From a virus (lineage: Duplodnaviria > Caudoviricetes), in the IMG/VR virus record IMGVR_UViG_3300032053_000084, positions 1-59,015 of that record: a stretch of DNA of 59,015 nucleotides. One strand, 5' to 3'. This document shows, one piece after another, positions 37,982 to 48,121 of the stretch. The translations under genes were made by a program, and so were the position numbers. How positions within the stretch are numbered: the stretch's first letter is position 1; every line of letters starts with the position of its first letter. The notes under the pieces were generated by a model, which made no database searches, was not told the DNA's origin, and saw only the letters and a list, made by a program, of their open reading frames with translations.

Positions 37982-39100
37982 TCATTCCTCTTTTTGTTCT
38001 TTCTTTTTTCTCTTGCTGGGCTTATCTTTTTCATCATTTGGTTCAGTAACAATTTCGCTCTCTAATAATTGTTCTGCTTCTTCAACATTCTTATTTACTG
38101 TTGAATACCCTGTTGTTTTCAGCCAAACATCCAATTCTTCTAATAATTGTGGAAATTTATGTAAATTTTCTTCTGTGTTTTTTTCTCCCTGACCTAACCT
38201 TTCACCTTTATATGAAAACCAAGCACCCGCTTTTTCTACCATTCCAGCATTCACCATAATATCAAGCAAACCAGCATATGGTTCAATACCATTCGAATAA
38301 TCAATTTTTACAATAGCCTGTTGAAATGGAGGATAAATTCTATTTTTCAAAGTTGTTGCTGTTATTTGATTTCCAGTGATCTTAGCATCTTTACCTACAC
38401 CATCCTTTATTGATTCTTTTTTCAAAGAGATCAAAACGCTTGGAAACATTTTCATTGCTTTACCACCACCAATTTGATCCGGTAAAGGAAATCCTTTGGA
38501 TGGTTGACTATACATATGACCTGTAACAATACCGATAGAATTTTGTTCAACACAAATATTGAGAAGAAGTTTCAATAATCTACGAATCCATCTTTGTAAT
38601 TGTCCTTGATCACCTTTGGGATCATCATCGAGAGCATCTTCAAACATTTTATACTGATCTACACCACCCATTGAATCAATACCGATAATCATTTTCTGTT
38701 GACCTGATTCTTTTACCTGTGCAAGAATAGTCATAATTTTATCTACCCACGGTTGATAAACATATCCTATCTTTGATAGATCCATTCCCCATCGTTGACA
38801 GAATTCATTAGTAACTCCTCTTTCTGTATCAATGATCAATGCTTCATATCCTTGTCGTAATCCTTCAACCATACACAAAACCATAAATGATGATTTGAAT
38901 GTATGCTCTGGTCCCACAATACCCACAAGATTTCTATTCGCAATTCCCTTGAATAAACTTCCTGAAAGAATTCTATTCAAGTCAAGCGCAGGAGTTTTTA
39001 CAAAATCAGTAGATGTTGCTATATCTGAATCTGTCATCATTGATGCATGAACCCCTTTTACGTTATCATTTATTCTTTTTATTATATCACTTATTGACAT
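37982..39100 (-). CDS. uvsX: RecA/UvsX-like recombinase
   Basis: LNRILSGS, Walker A GPEHTFKS, IDTE, IDSMG, GGGKA, KNR, KAGAWFSY. Confidence 0.9.
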   Translation of the reverse strand: MSISDIIKRINDNVKGVHASMMTDSDIATSTDFVKTPALDLNRILSGSLFKGIANRNLVGIVGPEHTFKSSFMVLCMVEGLRQGYEALIIDTERGVTNEFCQRWGMDLSKIGYVYQPWVDKIMTILAQVKESGQQKMIIGIDSMGGVDQYKMFEDALDDDPKGDQGQLQRWIRRLLKLLLNICVEQNSIGIVTGHMYSQPSKGFPLPDQIGGGKAMKMFPSVLISLKKESIKDGVGKDAKITGNQITATTLKNRIYPPFQQAIVKIDYSNGIEPYAGLLDIMVNAGMVEKAGAWFSYKGERLGQGEKNTEENLHKFPQLLEELDVWLKTTGYSTVNKNVEEAEQLLESEIVTEPNDEKDKPSKRKKKEQKEE

Positions 39101-39518
39101 TTGCTTTCTCCTCCGCCTTTTCTGCTCTCAATTTTTTTATATGTTCTTCTATATCTCTACCTTCTTTTCTCCAACCTATAACTCTTTTCGTATAACTATA
39201 TTCCCAATAAGGATGATCTTTAGAATACCCTTTTTCATCTTCTATTTCAACAGGCAGATCAGGGTCATCTTGAACAGCATCATCAATTCCCCAAGTATGA
39301 ATCACAATCTTTCTTCCAGATCGTGCAAATTTTGCACCTACCACACTATAACACGATTTGTTTTCAAGTTCTGGATCACGAAAAAGAATTTGAAGGGGAC
39401 CATCATAATATGCAGGAAGATTATCTACATATACAATTGGTGTATTATGAACACAAACTTCTGTTTCACCATCTGGATCGTTTTCTTGTAATTGTTTTAT
39501 CAATTCTTTTGTTTTCAT
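39087..39518 (-). CDS. Hypothetical protein
   Basis: Packed ORF; LPAYYDG motif. Confidence 0.6.
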   Translation of the reverse strand: MKTKELIKQLQENDPDGETEVCVHNTPIVYVDNLPAYYDGPLQILFRDPELENKSCYSVVGAKFARSGRKIVIHTWGIDDAVQDDPDLPVEIEDEKGYSKDHPYWEYSYTKRVIGWRKEGRDIEEHIKKLRAEKAEEKANVNK

Positions 39519-39520
39519 TG

Positions 39521-41440
39521 TTATTTTCCCAGAGTAACAGTAGAAAAACCGTCTTTCTTTTCTACTAAATAAATATTATCAGGTTCAAACGAATCAACTT
39601 CTTGTCTATGAGTAACGATAAATGTTTTATTTTTATCATCAATTTGTTTTGCTTTTATAATACTCAAAATATTTGTAATACCAATAGAATCAATAGAACT
39701 ATCTAATACTTCATCTATAATCATTATATCTGGAAATAAGGTGGCTTGTACACGTGCTGTATCAAGAAAAGCAAATTGTAATGCAAGATCAATACTTCTT
39801 TGTTCCCCTCCGCTCAAATTATCATATGTACAATTATAAATTCCTGGACCCTTTATTTCTGCTTCTAACCAATTATCAAATTTGATATAAAATCCCATCC
39901 CCCCATCAGAAAGATATTTATTTGTTCTTTCATTTACATAAGGAATATGTACTGAAATCGCATATTGTTTTGCATTTTCATCTTTACAAAGAACTTTTAT
40001 ATATTCAATATAATCTATAATGGATTGTGTTTGATTTATTTTATTCCTAACAGTTCTTGTTTCAATATTCAATTCTGCTATTTTGTTTTCATTTATTTTT
40101 ATCAATTGTTGAATTTCTTCTTTTGCTTTTGTTTCGTGAGAAATCCTTTCTTCAAGAACCTTTATTTTACTTTCAATTTCTCTTATTTGTGAATCGAATA
40201 AACGAACTTCTTCTCTTTGCTTATTCAGTTCTTTGAACTTACCATTCAATATGTTCAAGTATGCCTGTATTCTTTCAAGTTCTTTTCTTTGTTCTTTCTT
40301 TTGTATTCTTTCCTCTTCTTCTTTTTCTTCTATTTCTACAAGTTCCTTTTCCTTTATAGATTTTGCTTCTTTCGATTCAATAAGTTTTGTTTGATACTTC
40401 TGACTTTCTAACTGGATTTTTTGTAAAATGTTTCCTGCGGATATTTCTGTTCCACAAGTAGGACAAACATCTTTACCCTCTAATCCTTTTTTCCTGGAAT
40501 CACTATTCTTCAAATTTGTTTTTACTTCTGTAATAAAAATATCAATTCTATGTATTTCATTGACAAGTTTTTCTTTTTGTTCTTTCAATAAAATATTTTC
40601 CTGCGGTAATTCATTTGTTTTTTCAACAATATTATTCCATAAAATATCTATTTCTTCTTTACATAATGCTCTTTTTTCTTCCAGATCGTTCACTCTAATT
40701 TCTTCTTTTTGTTTTATCATTCTCATCAATGTATCTTTTTCAACTTCCAATTCATTTTCAGATGAAATCATTTCACTTATTTTCAATATCAATAATGTAT
40801 TCTGACTTGATATAGTATCTATCATTTTATTAGAATACTCAACGGAAGAATTATAAGAAATAATTTTATCATTTGTAGTTTTTAATTTTTCATTTGCTTT
40901 ATTTACAAGGCTTGTAAAATATTCTAAATTGAATATTTTTCCCAAAAATTCTCTTTTCTTATTTTTTTCCATTTGTAATATTGGGGTCATATCATTCAAA
41001 TTTGTATAAAGAAGATTCATAAAAGTAAGAAAATCAAAATTCAATATTTCATTTTCTATTGTTCTTTGATATGCTCGTATATCGGGAGGGGTGGGTAAAT
41101 CTTTACCATTCTCAAATACTTTCAATACATCAGGTTTCAACCCTCTCAAAAATGTATAGCGTATATCGTTCTTGATAACATCAAGATACACTTCACAATT
41201 TCTTCTATTTTTCCAATTGATAATATTTTCTTTTTTGATAGGATTTTTATGAGTTTTACCGAAAAGAGCAAAAGGAATAGTTCGTAAAAATGAAGATTTT
41301 CCGCTTCCATTTGATCTTTCTTTTTCGTGATCAACACCCAGGATCAGATTTACACCTGGAAGGAAAGGAACCTCTTGAAGTTTTCTACCGTAAGAAAATA
41401 TATTTTTGAAGCGCACATTATCAAAAGTCAGTGTGGACAA
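39521..41440 (-). CDS. gp46: gp46/SbcC/Rad50-like recombination ATPase
   Basis: FKNIFSYG, NGSGKS, CPTCG zinc hook in a coiled coil, LSGGE, IIDE..D, IVTH. Confidence 0.93.
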   Translation of the reverse strand: MSTLTFDNVRFKNIFSYGRKLQEVPFLPGVNLILGVDHEKERSNGSGKSSFLRTIPFALFGKTHKNPIKKENIINWKNRRNCEVYLDVIKNDIRYTFLRGLKPDVLKVFENGKDLPTPPDIRAYQRTIENEILNFDFLTFMNLLYTNLNDMTPILQMEKNKKREFLGKIFNLEYFTSLVNKANEKLKTTNDKIISYNSSVEYSNKMIDTISSQNTLLILKISEMISSENELEVEKDTLMRMIKQKEEIRVNDLEEKRALCKEEIDILWNNIVEKTNELPQENILLKEQKEKLVNEIHRIDIFITEVKTNLKNSDSRKKGLEGKDVCPTCGTEISAGNILQKIQLESQKYQTKLIESKEAKSIKEKELVEIEEKEEEERIQKKEQRKELERIQAYLNILNGKFKELNKQREEVRLFDSQIREIESKIKVLEERISHETKAKEEIQQLIKINENKIAELNIETRTVRNKINQTQSIIDYIEYIKVLCKDENAKQYAISVHIPYVNERTNKYLSDGGMGFYIKFDNWLEAEIKGPGIYNCTYDNLSGGEQRSIDLALQFAFLDTARVQATLFPDIMIIDEVLDSSIDSIGITNILSIIKAKQIDDKNKTFIVTHRQEVDSFEPDNIYLVEKKDGFSTVTLGK

Positions 41441-41452
41441 TTTATCACCAGA

Positions 41453-41495
41453 AATAAAAATAGGTATACCTCTTTATAGTATACCTATTTTTATT
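41453..41495. repeat. Perfect 17-bp inverted repeat overlapping the gp46 promoter
   Basis: AATAAAAATAGGTATAC-9 nt-GTATACCTATTTTTATT. Confidence 0.85.
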
Positions 41496-41506
41496 ACAAT
41501 TGTAAA
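41478..41506 (-). promoter_or_regulatory. Sigma70-type promoter
   Basis: TTTACA-17 nt-TATACT. Confidence 0.7.
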
Positions 41507-41961
41507 TATGGTATTTTTATACTGATTTACGTATACCCTTCAATGATTTTCCATTCTCAAAAAAAACAGAACCAAAGAACGAACCATTGACAGGCATCAA
41601 TCCGAATGAAAGACAACTTACATTTCTGCAATAAGGCTGTCCATTTCTTTCAGATAATGGAGAACCGCATTTTTCACACTCCAAAATTGCGGTTCCAAGT
41701 TTCAAAACAACTAACTTCTCTTTGAACGGTAATCTTTCCTGAATCATTTTTCTTTCCTTTCTTATTTGTTTTTGCTAAGACATTTTGTAATTATCTCAAT
41801 CGCTTTCTCACGTGACTCTGCGGCAAAAGGACGTACAATCTCTTGTACAAAATCATTTCCTTCACAATCATCGGTATAATCTTTATGATCACCAAACCAC
41901 CGCTTAACTTGAATAGTTTCATTTTGATGAAGATATCCCCACCACATCAATTCATTCATTT

Positions 41962-42255
41962 TTATTTCCTTTCTTCTTTTGTTTTTGCTAAACCTAAAAG
42001 CGCATAACCACAAATATCACCATAAGGCGATTCTCCATTATAATCCTTTTGATTCGCAATCCTGAATAACTTATCTATAATCCTTGTAATACATAAAACA
42101 TCATCATATTGTTCAGGACGAATACCATTCGGAAACATAACTCTCAAAACTTGTCCTGACATACCAAATGAATCACCATACGCTTTTTGTTTGTCATTTA
42201 CCAATTTTCCAATATCTTCACCAAGTTTCTTGTAATCATAATTCAACATATCCAT
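41962..42255 (-). CDS. All-alpha nucleotide-modification-associated (DUF1599-like) protein
   Basis: KQKAYGDSF, IIDKLFRIA, DICGYALL. Confidence 0.55.
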   Translation of the reverse strand: MDMLNYDYKKLGEDIGKLVNDKQKAYGDSFGMSGQVLRVMFPNGIRPEQYDDVLCITRIIDKLFRIANQKDYNGESPYGDICGYALLGLAKTKEERK

Positions 42256-42995
42256 TTGTTCTCCTATATCTCAAATAATTCTTTATCTATTTCAAAATTA
42301 TATTTTTTATATTCAATACATCTTGTGTTTTCCCTTCTTTTACCACAAAACCGTTCCCCATCCCAAATTGCTCCATGAGGATTTTTATCACCATTTGAAG
42401 ACCATTCGGTATATGGTCCTTTACCAACACAGTCTCCACATAAATGATCTTTTGGGCCGTCACAAATATAATATTTTACCATATTCTTGGCTTCAACATT
42501 CTTTCAATTATTTCCGTATCTTCGGTTCTTGAATGTTTTTTCAGGGTAGTTGATTGACCATAAACATAAACTATCAACTCATAACCTTCTGGAAGGATTC
42601 TCGCTTCAATATCTACAAATCCAGCAGAAGTAACATTCAATCCCTGAACAAAAAAATTATGATCAACCATTGCAGGAAATAAAATTGGTGTATCTTCATT
42701 TACAATTACATATTTCATTCTTTCATTCATTTTTTATCCTTTCTTAGTCGTTATAAACAATAATTTTTACACCGCATTTATCACAAGTATTTTCCCAATG
42801 CGTTATATCTTCCCCGTATTCTCTTTGATCTTCCCAAAACATGGAAGTAAGAGAATTTTCACGAAGAGATGTACCGCATTTTGGGCAACTTTTAGGAAGT
42901 CTTTGTCCAGGTAATTCAGAAATTTCAGCGGTAAATAAATTGATACTCAGTGATTCCATCCATAATGACATATTATTCCCCTTTCATTTATATAT

Positions 42996-43024
42996 ATTAT
43001 ATCAAATTCCAGAGGTTATGTCAA
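42996..43024 (-). promoter_or_regulatory. Sigma70 consensus promoter
   Basis: TTGACA-17 nt-TATAAT. Confidence 0.85.
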
Positions 43025-43319
43025 GTAAAATCTTTCAGAATAATATCAAGGAGTTATATTGATAATAAGTGGTGATCCGTTTGAAATTTCCCCAGTATCA
43101 GCAGAAAGTCTTCTTTCTGAAATCAATCTGACATAAGCACAAAGTTCATTTACAATTCTCAATGCTGAATGCGTATCAAATGTTCCATTTTTATCCCAAC
43201 AACGAGAAGCATAACCCACGGCTGTATGAAGATTTTGAACATAATTGTCTGAATCCATAATTTGCGGTTTCTTTTTATCACAATCAAAAATTTCAGGTTC
43301 ATTTCTCAAATCGTACATA

Positions 43320-43787
43320 TTATTCTCCCTCATCAGCTTTTTGATCATAAATAGCTGCGGTCAATTCTGCAACTCTCAATCTCCACGAAACATCATCCTG
43401 ATTCAAATGAACTTCTTCTGCGAAGTCTTCAATGTCGTGAGGTAAAAGTTTATAAGGTGTTTTTTCAGAATCAGCGTCAAAAAACGCATGTCTAAGTTCA
43501 TGGCGAAGCAATTTTATTTTATCAGATCTTTGGATTGCATCCCAACAAATTTTGTCTAAAAAAATGATATAGTCAACCCCCGCCTCATCCTCTTCATTTT
43601 GAGTAAAATATTTGACAAGATCATTTGCTTTTTGTATCCTGCCTAATACAATTTTACCATCATATTGTCTTTTTTTCAAATCAAAAAGCATCTTAATATT
43701 TGCATTTCTTAATTCAGGACAATATTCTGCACGAATTTCTCTTAAAAGATCATTTTCTTCTTGTGTTACATCGTCATACCTATTCAT
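43320..43787 (-). CDS. Putative phage metallopeptidase
   Basis: LLRHELRH (HExxH), PHDIEDF; start at MNRY with a GGAGG RBS. Confidence 0.78.
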   Translation of the reverse strand: MNRYDDVTQEENDLLREIRAEYCPELRNANIKMLFDLKKRQYDGKIVLGRIQKANDLVKYFTQNEEDEAGVDYIIFLDKICWDAIQRSDKIKLLRHELRHAFFDADSEKTPYKLLPHDIEDFAEEVHLNQDDVSWRLRVAELTAAIYDQKADEGE

Positions 43788-44304
43788 TTTGTTCCTCCAG
43801 TTTAAACAGTTTTTCATCAAAGTATTTTTCTTCTTTTGGTTTTGGTAATTCTTTCATTATAAGATCATCTATGGGAACCATATTCATTATAAAATTATGA
43901 ATTCTTTCTAATAAATTATATGCATTCTCAAAACAACCTTTATTTATTTCTTCTTTCATTTTTGTTATCAATATCATCATTTGTTCTTTTGTTATATTAA
44001 TTAACTCAGGAAAAATAAAATTATTATAATTAAAAGTATGGGAATGTCCCGATTGAAAAGCCCCCTCACCGGCTTGTCCATATTGAGATGGATGAATAAT
44101 CCATTGCCCAGAAGCGGCATCATATATATATGATGGGCTACTAATAAATGATGATGGACTAATAGTAAATGATGATGGTGAAACTGCTGTGCCAGATGAA
44201 TAAAAAGCATTTCCAGAATTTTGCACATATCCCCCAGCCGCTCCCGTACCCTCCGCTGTATTATATATACTCATTTTATTTACTCCTTTAAAAATCTTAT
44301 ACAT
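43780..44304 (-). CDS. Hypothetical protein with Ser/Gly-rich N-terminal half
   Basis: SPSSF repeats; helical C-terminal half. Confidence 0.55.
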   Translation of the reverse strand: MYKIFKGVNKMSIYNTAEGTGAAGGYVQNSGNAFYSSGTAVSPSSFTISPSSFISSPSYIYDAASGQWIIHPSQYGQAGEGAFQSGHSHTFNYNNFIFPELINITKEQMMILITKMKEEINKGCFENAYNLLERIHNFIMNMVPIDDLIMKELPKPKEEKYFDEKLFKLEEQNE

Positions 44305-45310
44305 TCGGCTCTTTTAATAAAATATCTACCACATCTCTTAATACAGATATTTTTAAATGAGATGGTAATTGAACACTATCTATAAAGTCAAAAAATACTT
44401 CTCTATTATCTTTTATTTCTGTATCAGTTCTTTCTTCATTATCTTTTTTAATAATTTCTGACGCTTTACTAAAATCAGTAGATAATAATAAAGGCTGCAT
44501 CCTTTGAATTATTTCCATCTTTCTATTATTTTCAACGGTTCCATAATCTTTTAGATAAATAAGTTTTACAATATTTTTTTCTATTAATTCTTTTGTAGGT
44601 TTCTCTCCCGTTGTTATTTTAATAAACTTGGGGGCCCCTGTAAATTCAAGAAAACTAAGTTTATTATCATCAAGAATATAATATCCTCTTTTTCCACCGC
44701 TATCATTAAAACTTAATTGAAATGGAGCACCTAAATATATTATATTTCCTTTACGGGATGGAGTATGAAAATGTCCTGTAAGAACCAATCTAAATTTTTC
44801 AAAATCCTCTGGATTCAATGGTGAACTATGATAAACATATCCTTCATTTAATGCAAATCCATTTATTTCAAAATGACCAAGTATAATACTATCTTTATAT
44901 TCATTCATTGGTAGGTCTTTATTTAATAGGAAACCGTGAGTATTCCAAGGAACAAGAATGAGATTTTCAAGTCTATGAGGAGAACTTATAATAACTATAT
45001 TTTTATGTTTTTCGTAAAAAGATAGGCTTGTAGGATTAATTTGATCTTTAAAAAATGTATCGTGGTTTCCCACAATAATATATAGTTTTAAGTCTTTTAA
45101 TATTTCTGCAATTTGTGACGCTATATCCATTGTTTTGATATTGACAAATTTACGATTATCAAACCAATCACCAAGACATATAACATTTTCTATATCTTTC
45201 TTTACACAAACATCAACTATTTCTTTAGCAAGTTTTATTGATGCTTCGTGCCAAATTTCAGAAGACTTATGAATCCCAAGGTGTGGGTCGGCAAAAATAA
45301 GTGCTTTCAC
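44297..45310 (-). CDS. gp47: gp47/SbcD/Mre11-like nuclease
   Basis: ADPHLG, LGDWFD, VGNHD, GHFE, TGHFH. Confidence 0.93.
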   Translation of the reverse strand: MKALIFADPHLGIHKSSEIWHEASIKLAKEIVDVCVKKDIENVICLGDWFDNRKFVNIKTMDIASQIAEILKDLKLYIIVGNHDTFFKDQINPTSLSFYEKHKNIVIISSPHRLENLILVPWNTHGFLLNKDLPMNEYKDSIILGHFEINGFALNEGYVYHSSPLNPEDFEKFRLVLTGHFHTPSRKGNIIYLGAPFQLSFNDSGGKRGYYILDDNKLSFLEFTGAPKFIKITTGEKPTKELIEKNIVKLIYLKDYGTVENNRKMEIIQRMQPLLLSTDFSKASEIIKKDNEERTDTEIKDNREVFFDFIDSVQLPSHLKISVLRDVVDILLKEPNV

Positions 45311-45330
45311 AGTTTCAGTTTACATCCCTT

Positions 45331-45834
45331 TTATAATTTTCCCAATACTTTACTATTTTTGACATTTTTTATTTCTTTTTCTATTTCAGGATCAATAAAG
45401 TTTATCAAATCACTTTCTCTATTATCTAAAGTTCTTAATGATTCATAATCAATACCAATAACAGTAAATCCTGAATGATCGAATACACCATTTTCGGTCA
45501 TTTGAAAACAAATATCTTTTATTTTACTGTGTTTATTTTGAGTTTTAATATATGCTTTGAATGAATTATTGCATATTTGAGTTATATATGCGAATGCATT
45601 ATTTGATCTTTCAGGATCAAAATTTTTAAGGTATTTTATACAAGTCAAAACAGCCTCGGAAACCATGTCATTTCTCCAAGTATATCCTGAAAAATTACCT
45701 TTCGATGAGAAATTTTTAGCGATAGTCAGAAGCATTTTACCTAATACCTCTGATGCTTTTCCTAATTTTTTAAATTCTATTATTTCACTAATCAAATCTC
45801 CATTCTTTACGTAAAAATTATTCCCATTAGCCAA
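45331..45834 (-). CDS. gp55: T4 gp55-like late sigma factor
   Basis: YVKN, NFSGYTWRNDM, NFDPERSNNAFAYITQI. Confidence 0.9.
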   Translation of the reverse strand: MANGNNFYVKNGDLISEIIEFKKLGKASEVLGKMLLTIAKNFSSKGNFSGYTWRNDMVSEAVLTCIKYLKNFDPERSNNAFAYITQICNNSFKAYIKTQNKHSKIKDICFQMTENGVFDHSGFTVIGIDYESLRTLDNRESDLINFIDPEIEKEIKNVKNSKVLGKL

Positions 45835-45845
45835 AGTCCTCTCTC

Positions 45846-46139
45846 CTATTTCTTATGCTTCTTCATTGCTCTCTTTGACGCTTTTAGAGGATCAACAAAT
45901 TTTACATCCTCTTTTTCTTTTATAATATGAGTTGCTCGATTACATGCATAAGAAGACCACTTTACTGCGGGAGAAGCATAATTATCACAATATTTTCCGT
46001 CTGGAAATTCTTCAATATGAAGACAACCATTACATTGTTCTACTATCGGATCGCATTTTCCACCATCAAAGAAACATCCCTTTAGCGTCATGAAGATACA
46101 TTCTTTTCCATTTTTTATAGTTATGCAATTTAAATTCAT
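45846..46139 (-). CDS. PxxKW-family cysteine-rich protein (long form)
   Basis: C...ECIFM...GC...CDPIVEQCNGC...YC...SPAVKW...CNRATH...VDPLKASKR; the start may extend to 46229. Confidence 0.75.
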   Translation of the reverse strand: MNLNCITIKNGKECIFMTLKGCFFDGGKCDPIVEQCNGCLHIEEFPDGKYCDNYASPAVKWSSYACNRATHIIKEKEDVKFVDPLKASKRAMKKHKK

Positions 46140-46254
46140 TATAATACCTTTATCTTCTAATTTTTTTTGTTTTTTCTTTTTTCTTTTTTGTAAAATTTTT
46201 TCTTGTCTATTTTGATGGATAATATTCAACCAAGTCTCCCGTAGAGTTATATAT

Positions 46255-46283
46255 ATTTTACTATATTTTAAGGGAATTGTAAA
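46255..46283 (-). promoter_or_regulatory. Sigma70-type promoter
   Basis: TTTACA-17 nt-TAAAAT. Confidence 0.6.
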
Positions 46284-46652
46284 CTACTTTGATGGGATAA
46301 CTAATTTTTTTTCAATATTTTTTTTAGTTTGTTCAAATGATTCATTTACTTCGAACATTTTTAGTGTTAGCCTATCATGATTTTTCTTCGGTGCTTTGAT
46401 TTTATCAATAGGTATGCCTTCATCCAAACAAAAATCAAAAATATATTTTCCACGATACGCTCTTTTCAATTCATTATTCAATTTTTCTTTCAATTCAAAA
46501 ATCACTTTCTCTGAAAGAAGAAACTTCTGACATATCTCTGATACAATAATATTATAGTCTGATTTTTTATTTACCAGTTTAATACTTAATGATCTAAATA
46601 TATTTGTTTTCTCATCTGTGTTAGAAAATGAGAGATACGCCAGAAGCCGCAT
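46284..46652 (-). CDS. Hypothetical protein
   Basis: TAAGG RBS; last ORF of the structural block. Confidence 0.55.
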   Translation of the reverse strand: MRLLAYLSFSNTDEKTNIFRSLSIKLVNKKSDYNIIVSEICQKFLLSEKVIFELKEKLNNELKRAYRGKYIFDFCLDEGIPIDKIKAPKKNHDRLTLKMFEVNESFEQTKKNIEKKLVIPSK

Positions 46653-46661
46653 TTTTATTCC

Positions 46662-47534
46662 TTATGCATATACAACCGCAACAGTATTACTAAGACTACC
46701 TATCCATATACGTACATCATTTAGTGTTGTTGATTGTATCCTTACATTTGCTAAAGTATTTGTATCCGAATTCCAAATTTGAATAATAGGTGTTCGAGTA
46801 TTTCTATTATGTGTCAAATCATAAAAATATGCACCCCAATTTCCACCTGTAATTACAGCATACCCTGAAGAAGGCGCCGCAAAATTAATTGTTATTTGTG
46901 TTGGTGATGTAAAACTTATACTTGTAAACGGTAAATCTACAGGAGGGCTTCCTGCATTTGTACAAAATACAGAATATACCACAGCATCGTCAAATCTTTC
47001 TAAAAGTGTAATACCCCATGCAGAAGAAGGACTTGATTGTGTATGAATATAAGACATAGCGGGAAGTCCGTATGATGCTGATGTTTCAGCAGACCATGAT
47101 CCTGATGGTATATCAAAGGTTAATGATCTAACTAAATTATCACTCCATGATTTTGCTAAAGCATTACTTACCGTTTTATTTTTTACTGTATCCGTACTTG
47201 TTATATCAACAACAAATGTTTCTATTGGTGGAGAATAACATTCAATATTATCTACTCTACCTGTGGTTATAATTCCAGGTTTTGACCAAGATATTGCAAA
47301 TTTTTGTGTACTTGAATAACCACTTAATTCCGTTGGATTTCCAATCCAAAATTCAAAATAACCCTCATCATTTGAAGTTACTTGTGGGTTTGTATTTGTT
47401 GCCGTACCACCAGATTCTTGTGTAAATACATAAGCGGGAACATTTGATCCAGTTAAATAAACATTAACTTCAGCATCCGCTATCGGCTGACCTTCTTCAT
47501 TGAGGATATATTGCCAAAAATGACCACGGGCCAT
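46662..47534 (-). CDS. Putative virion/tail-associated protein
   Basis: EGQPIADAEVNVY...NPQVTSNDEGYFEF; beta-rich repeats shared with 48122-50401. Confidence 0.55.
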   Translation of the reverse strand: MARGHFWQYILNEEGQPIADAEVNVYLTGSNVPAYVFTQESGGTATNTNPQVTSNDEGYFEFWIGNPTELSGYSSTQKFAISWSKPGIITTGRVDNIECYSPPIETFVVDITSTDTVKNKTVSNALAKSWSDNLVRSLTFDIPSGSWSAETSASYGLPAMSYIHTQSSPSSAWGITLLERFDDAVVYSVFCTNAGSPPVDLPFTSISFTSPTQITINFAAPSSGYAVITGGNWGAYFYDLTHNRNTRTPIIQIWNSDTNTLANVRIQSTTLNDVRIWIGSLSNTVAVVYA

Positions 47535-47537
47535 AAC

Positions 47538-48119
47538 TTATCTCCTTTCCATTTGATAATACTTTATCAAACTTTCTCTAATTTTTCTTTTTGTTTCTTC
47601 TGTTACAATATGATTTTTTAAACCTTCACTAACCTTTTTTCTTACGTCAGGATGTCTGTTTCTTTTCATATTATCTAATCTCTTTTTTCCATACATTGGA
47701 TTTTCTTTACCAAATCTCCGAATACCATACATTGGATTATTTTTACCTTTCATTTTTTCAGAATGATCATCTCTTCTTTTTCCAAAAAAATAATTTTTTT
47801 CTCCCATATGTGCTTCACTATTTTTTTTTCTCGTATCATTCGAAGGTATCCATCCTAAATTTCCTTCTCCACCATCAGTAAGATTATATCCATATGGAAC
47901 TTTTGTATTATATTCTTTTATATAATATTTTTCTTTATCATTCAATTCTTCAAGAGAATTACACTTACACAAAATTTCTTTTACAAAATTTCCCTTTCCA
48001 TATTTCTTTATAGCCCTATTCAAATAAACACCGGAACCAAAATAACTTGATTCATTTCTGGAATCTTGACCTATATACGATTTATCATTTATTTTATTTA
48101 CAGTTTTATAAATTATCAT
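47538..48119 (-). CDS. Free-standing GIY-YIG homing endonuclease with NUMOD3-like repeats
   Basis: IIYKTVNKINDKSYIGQ, YFGSG, GYNLTDGGEG, repeated GKNNPMYG, ETKRKI. Confidence 0.88.
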   Translation of the reverse strand: MIIYKTVNKINDKSYIGQDSRNESSYFGSGVYLNRAIKKYGKGNFVKEILCKCNSLEELNDKEKYYIKEYNTKVPYGYNLTDGGEGNLGWIPSNDTRKKNSEAHMGEKNYFFGKRRDDHSEKMKGKNNPMYGIRRFGKENPMYGKKRLDNMKRNRHPDVRKKVSEGLKNHIVTEETKRKIRESLIKYYQMERR

Positions 48120-48121
48120 TA

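Larger units (their letters stand above)
41517..43348 (-). other. Small hypothetical ORFs between gp47 and gp46 (41517-41747, 41762-~41960, 42264-42482, 42476-42730, 42744-42971, 43046-43348)
   Basis: Packed ORFs, several with Zn-ribbon cysteine pairs. Confidence 0.55.

Noticed and set aside
47535-48121. Group I intron around the GIY-YIG ORF
   Set aside because: Only 2-3 nt separate it from complete flanking genes, leaving no room for intron structure.
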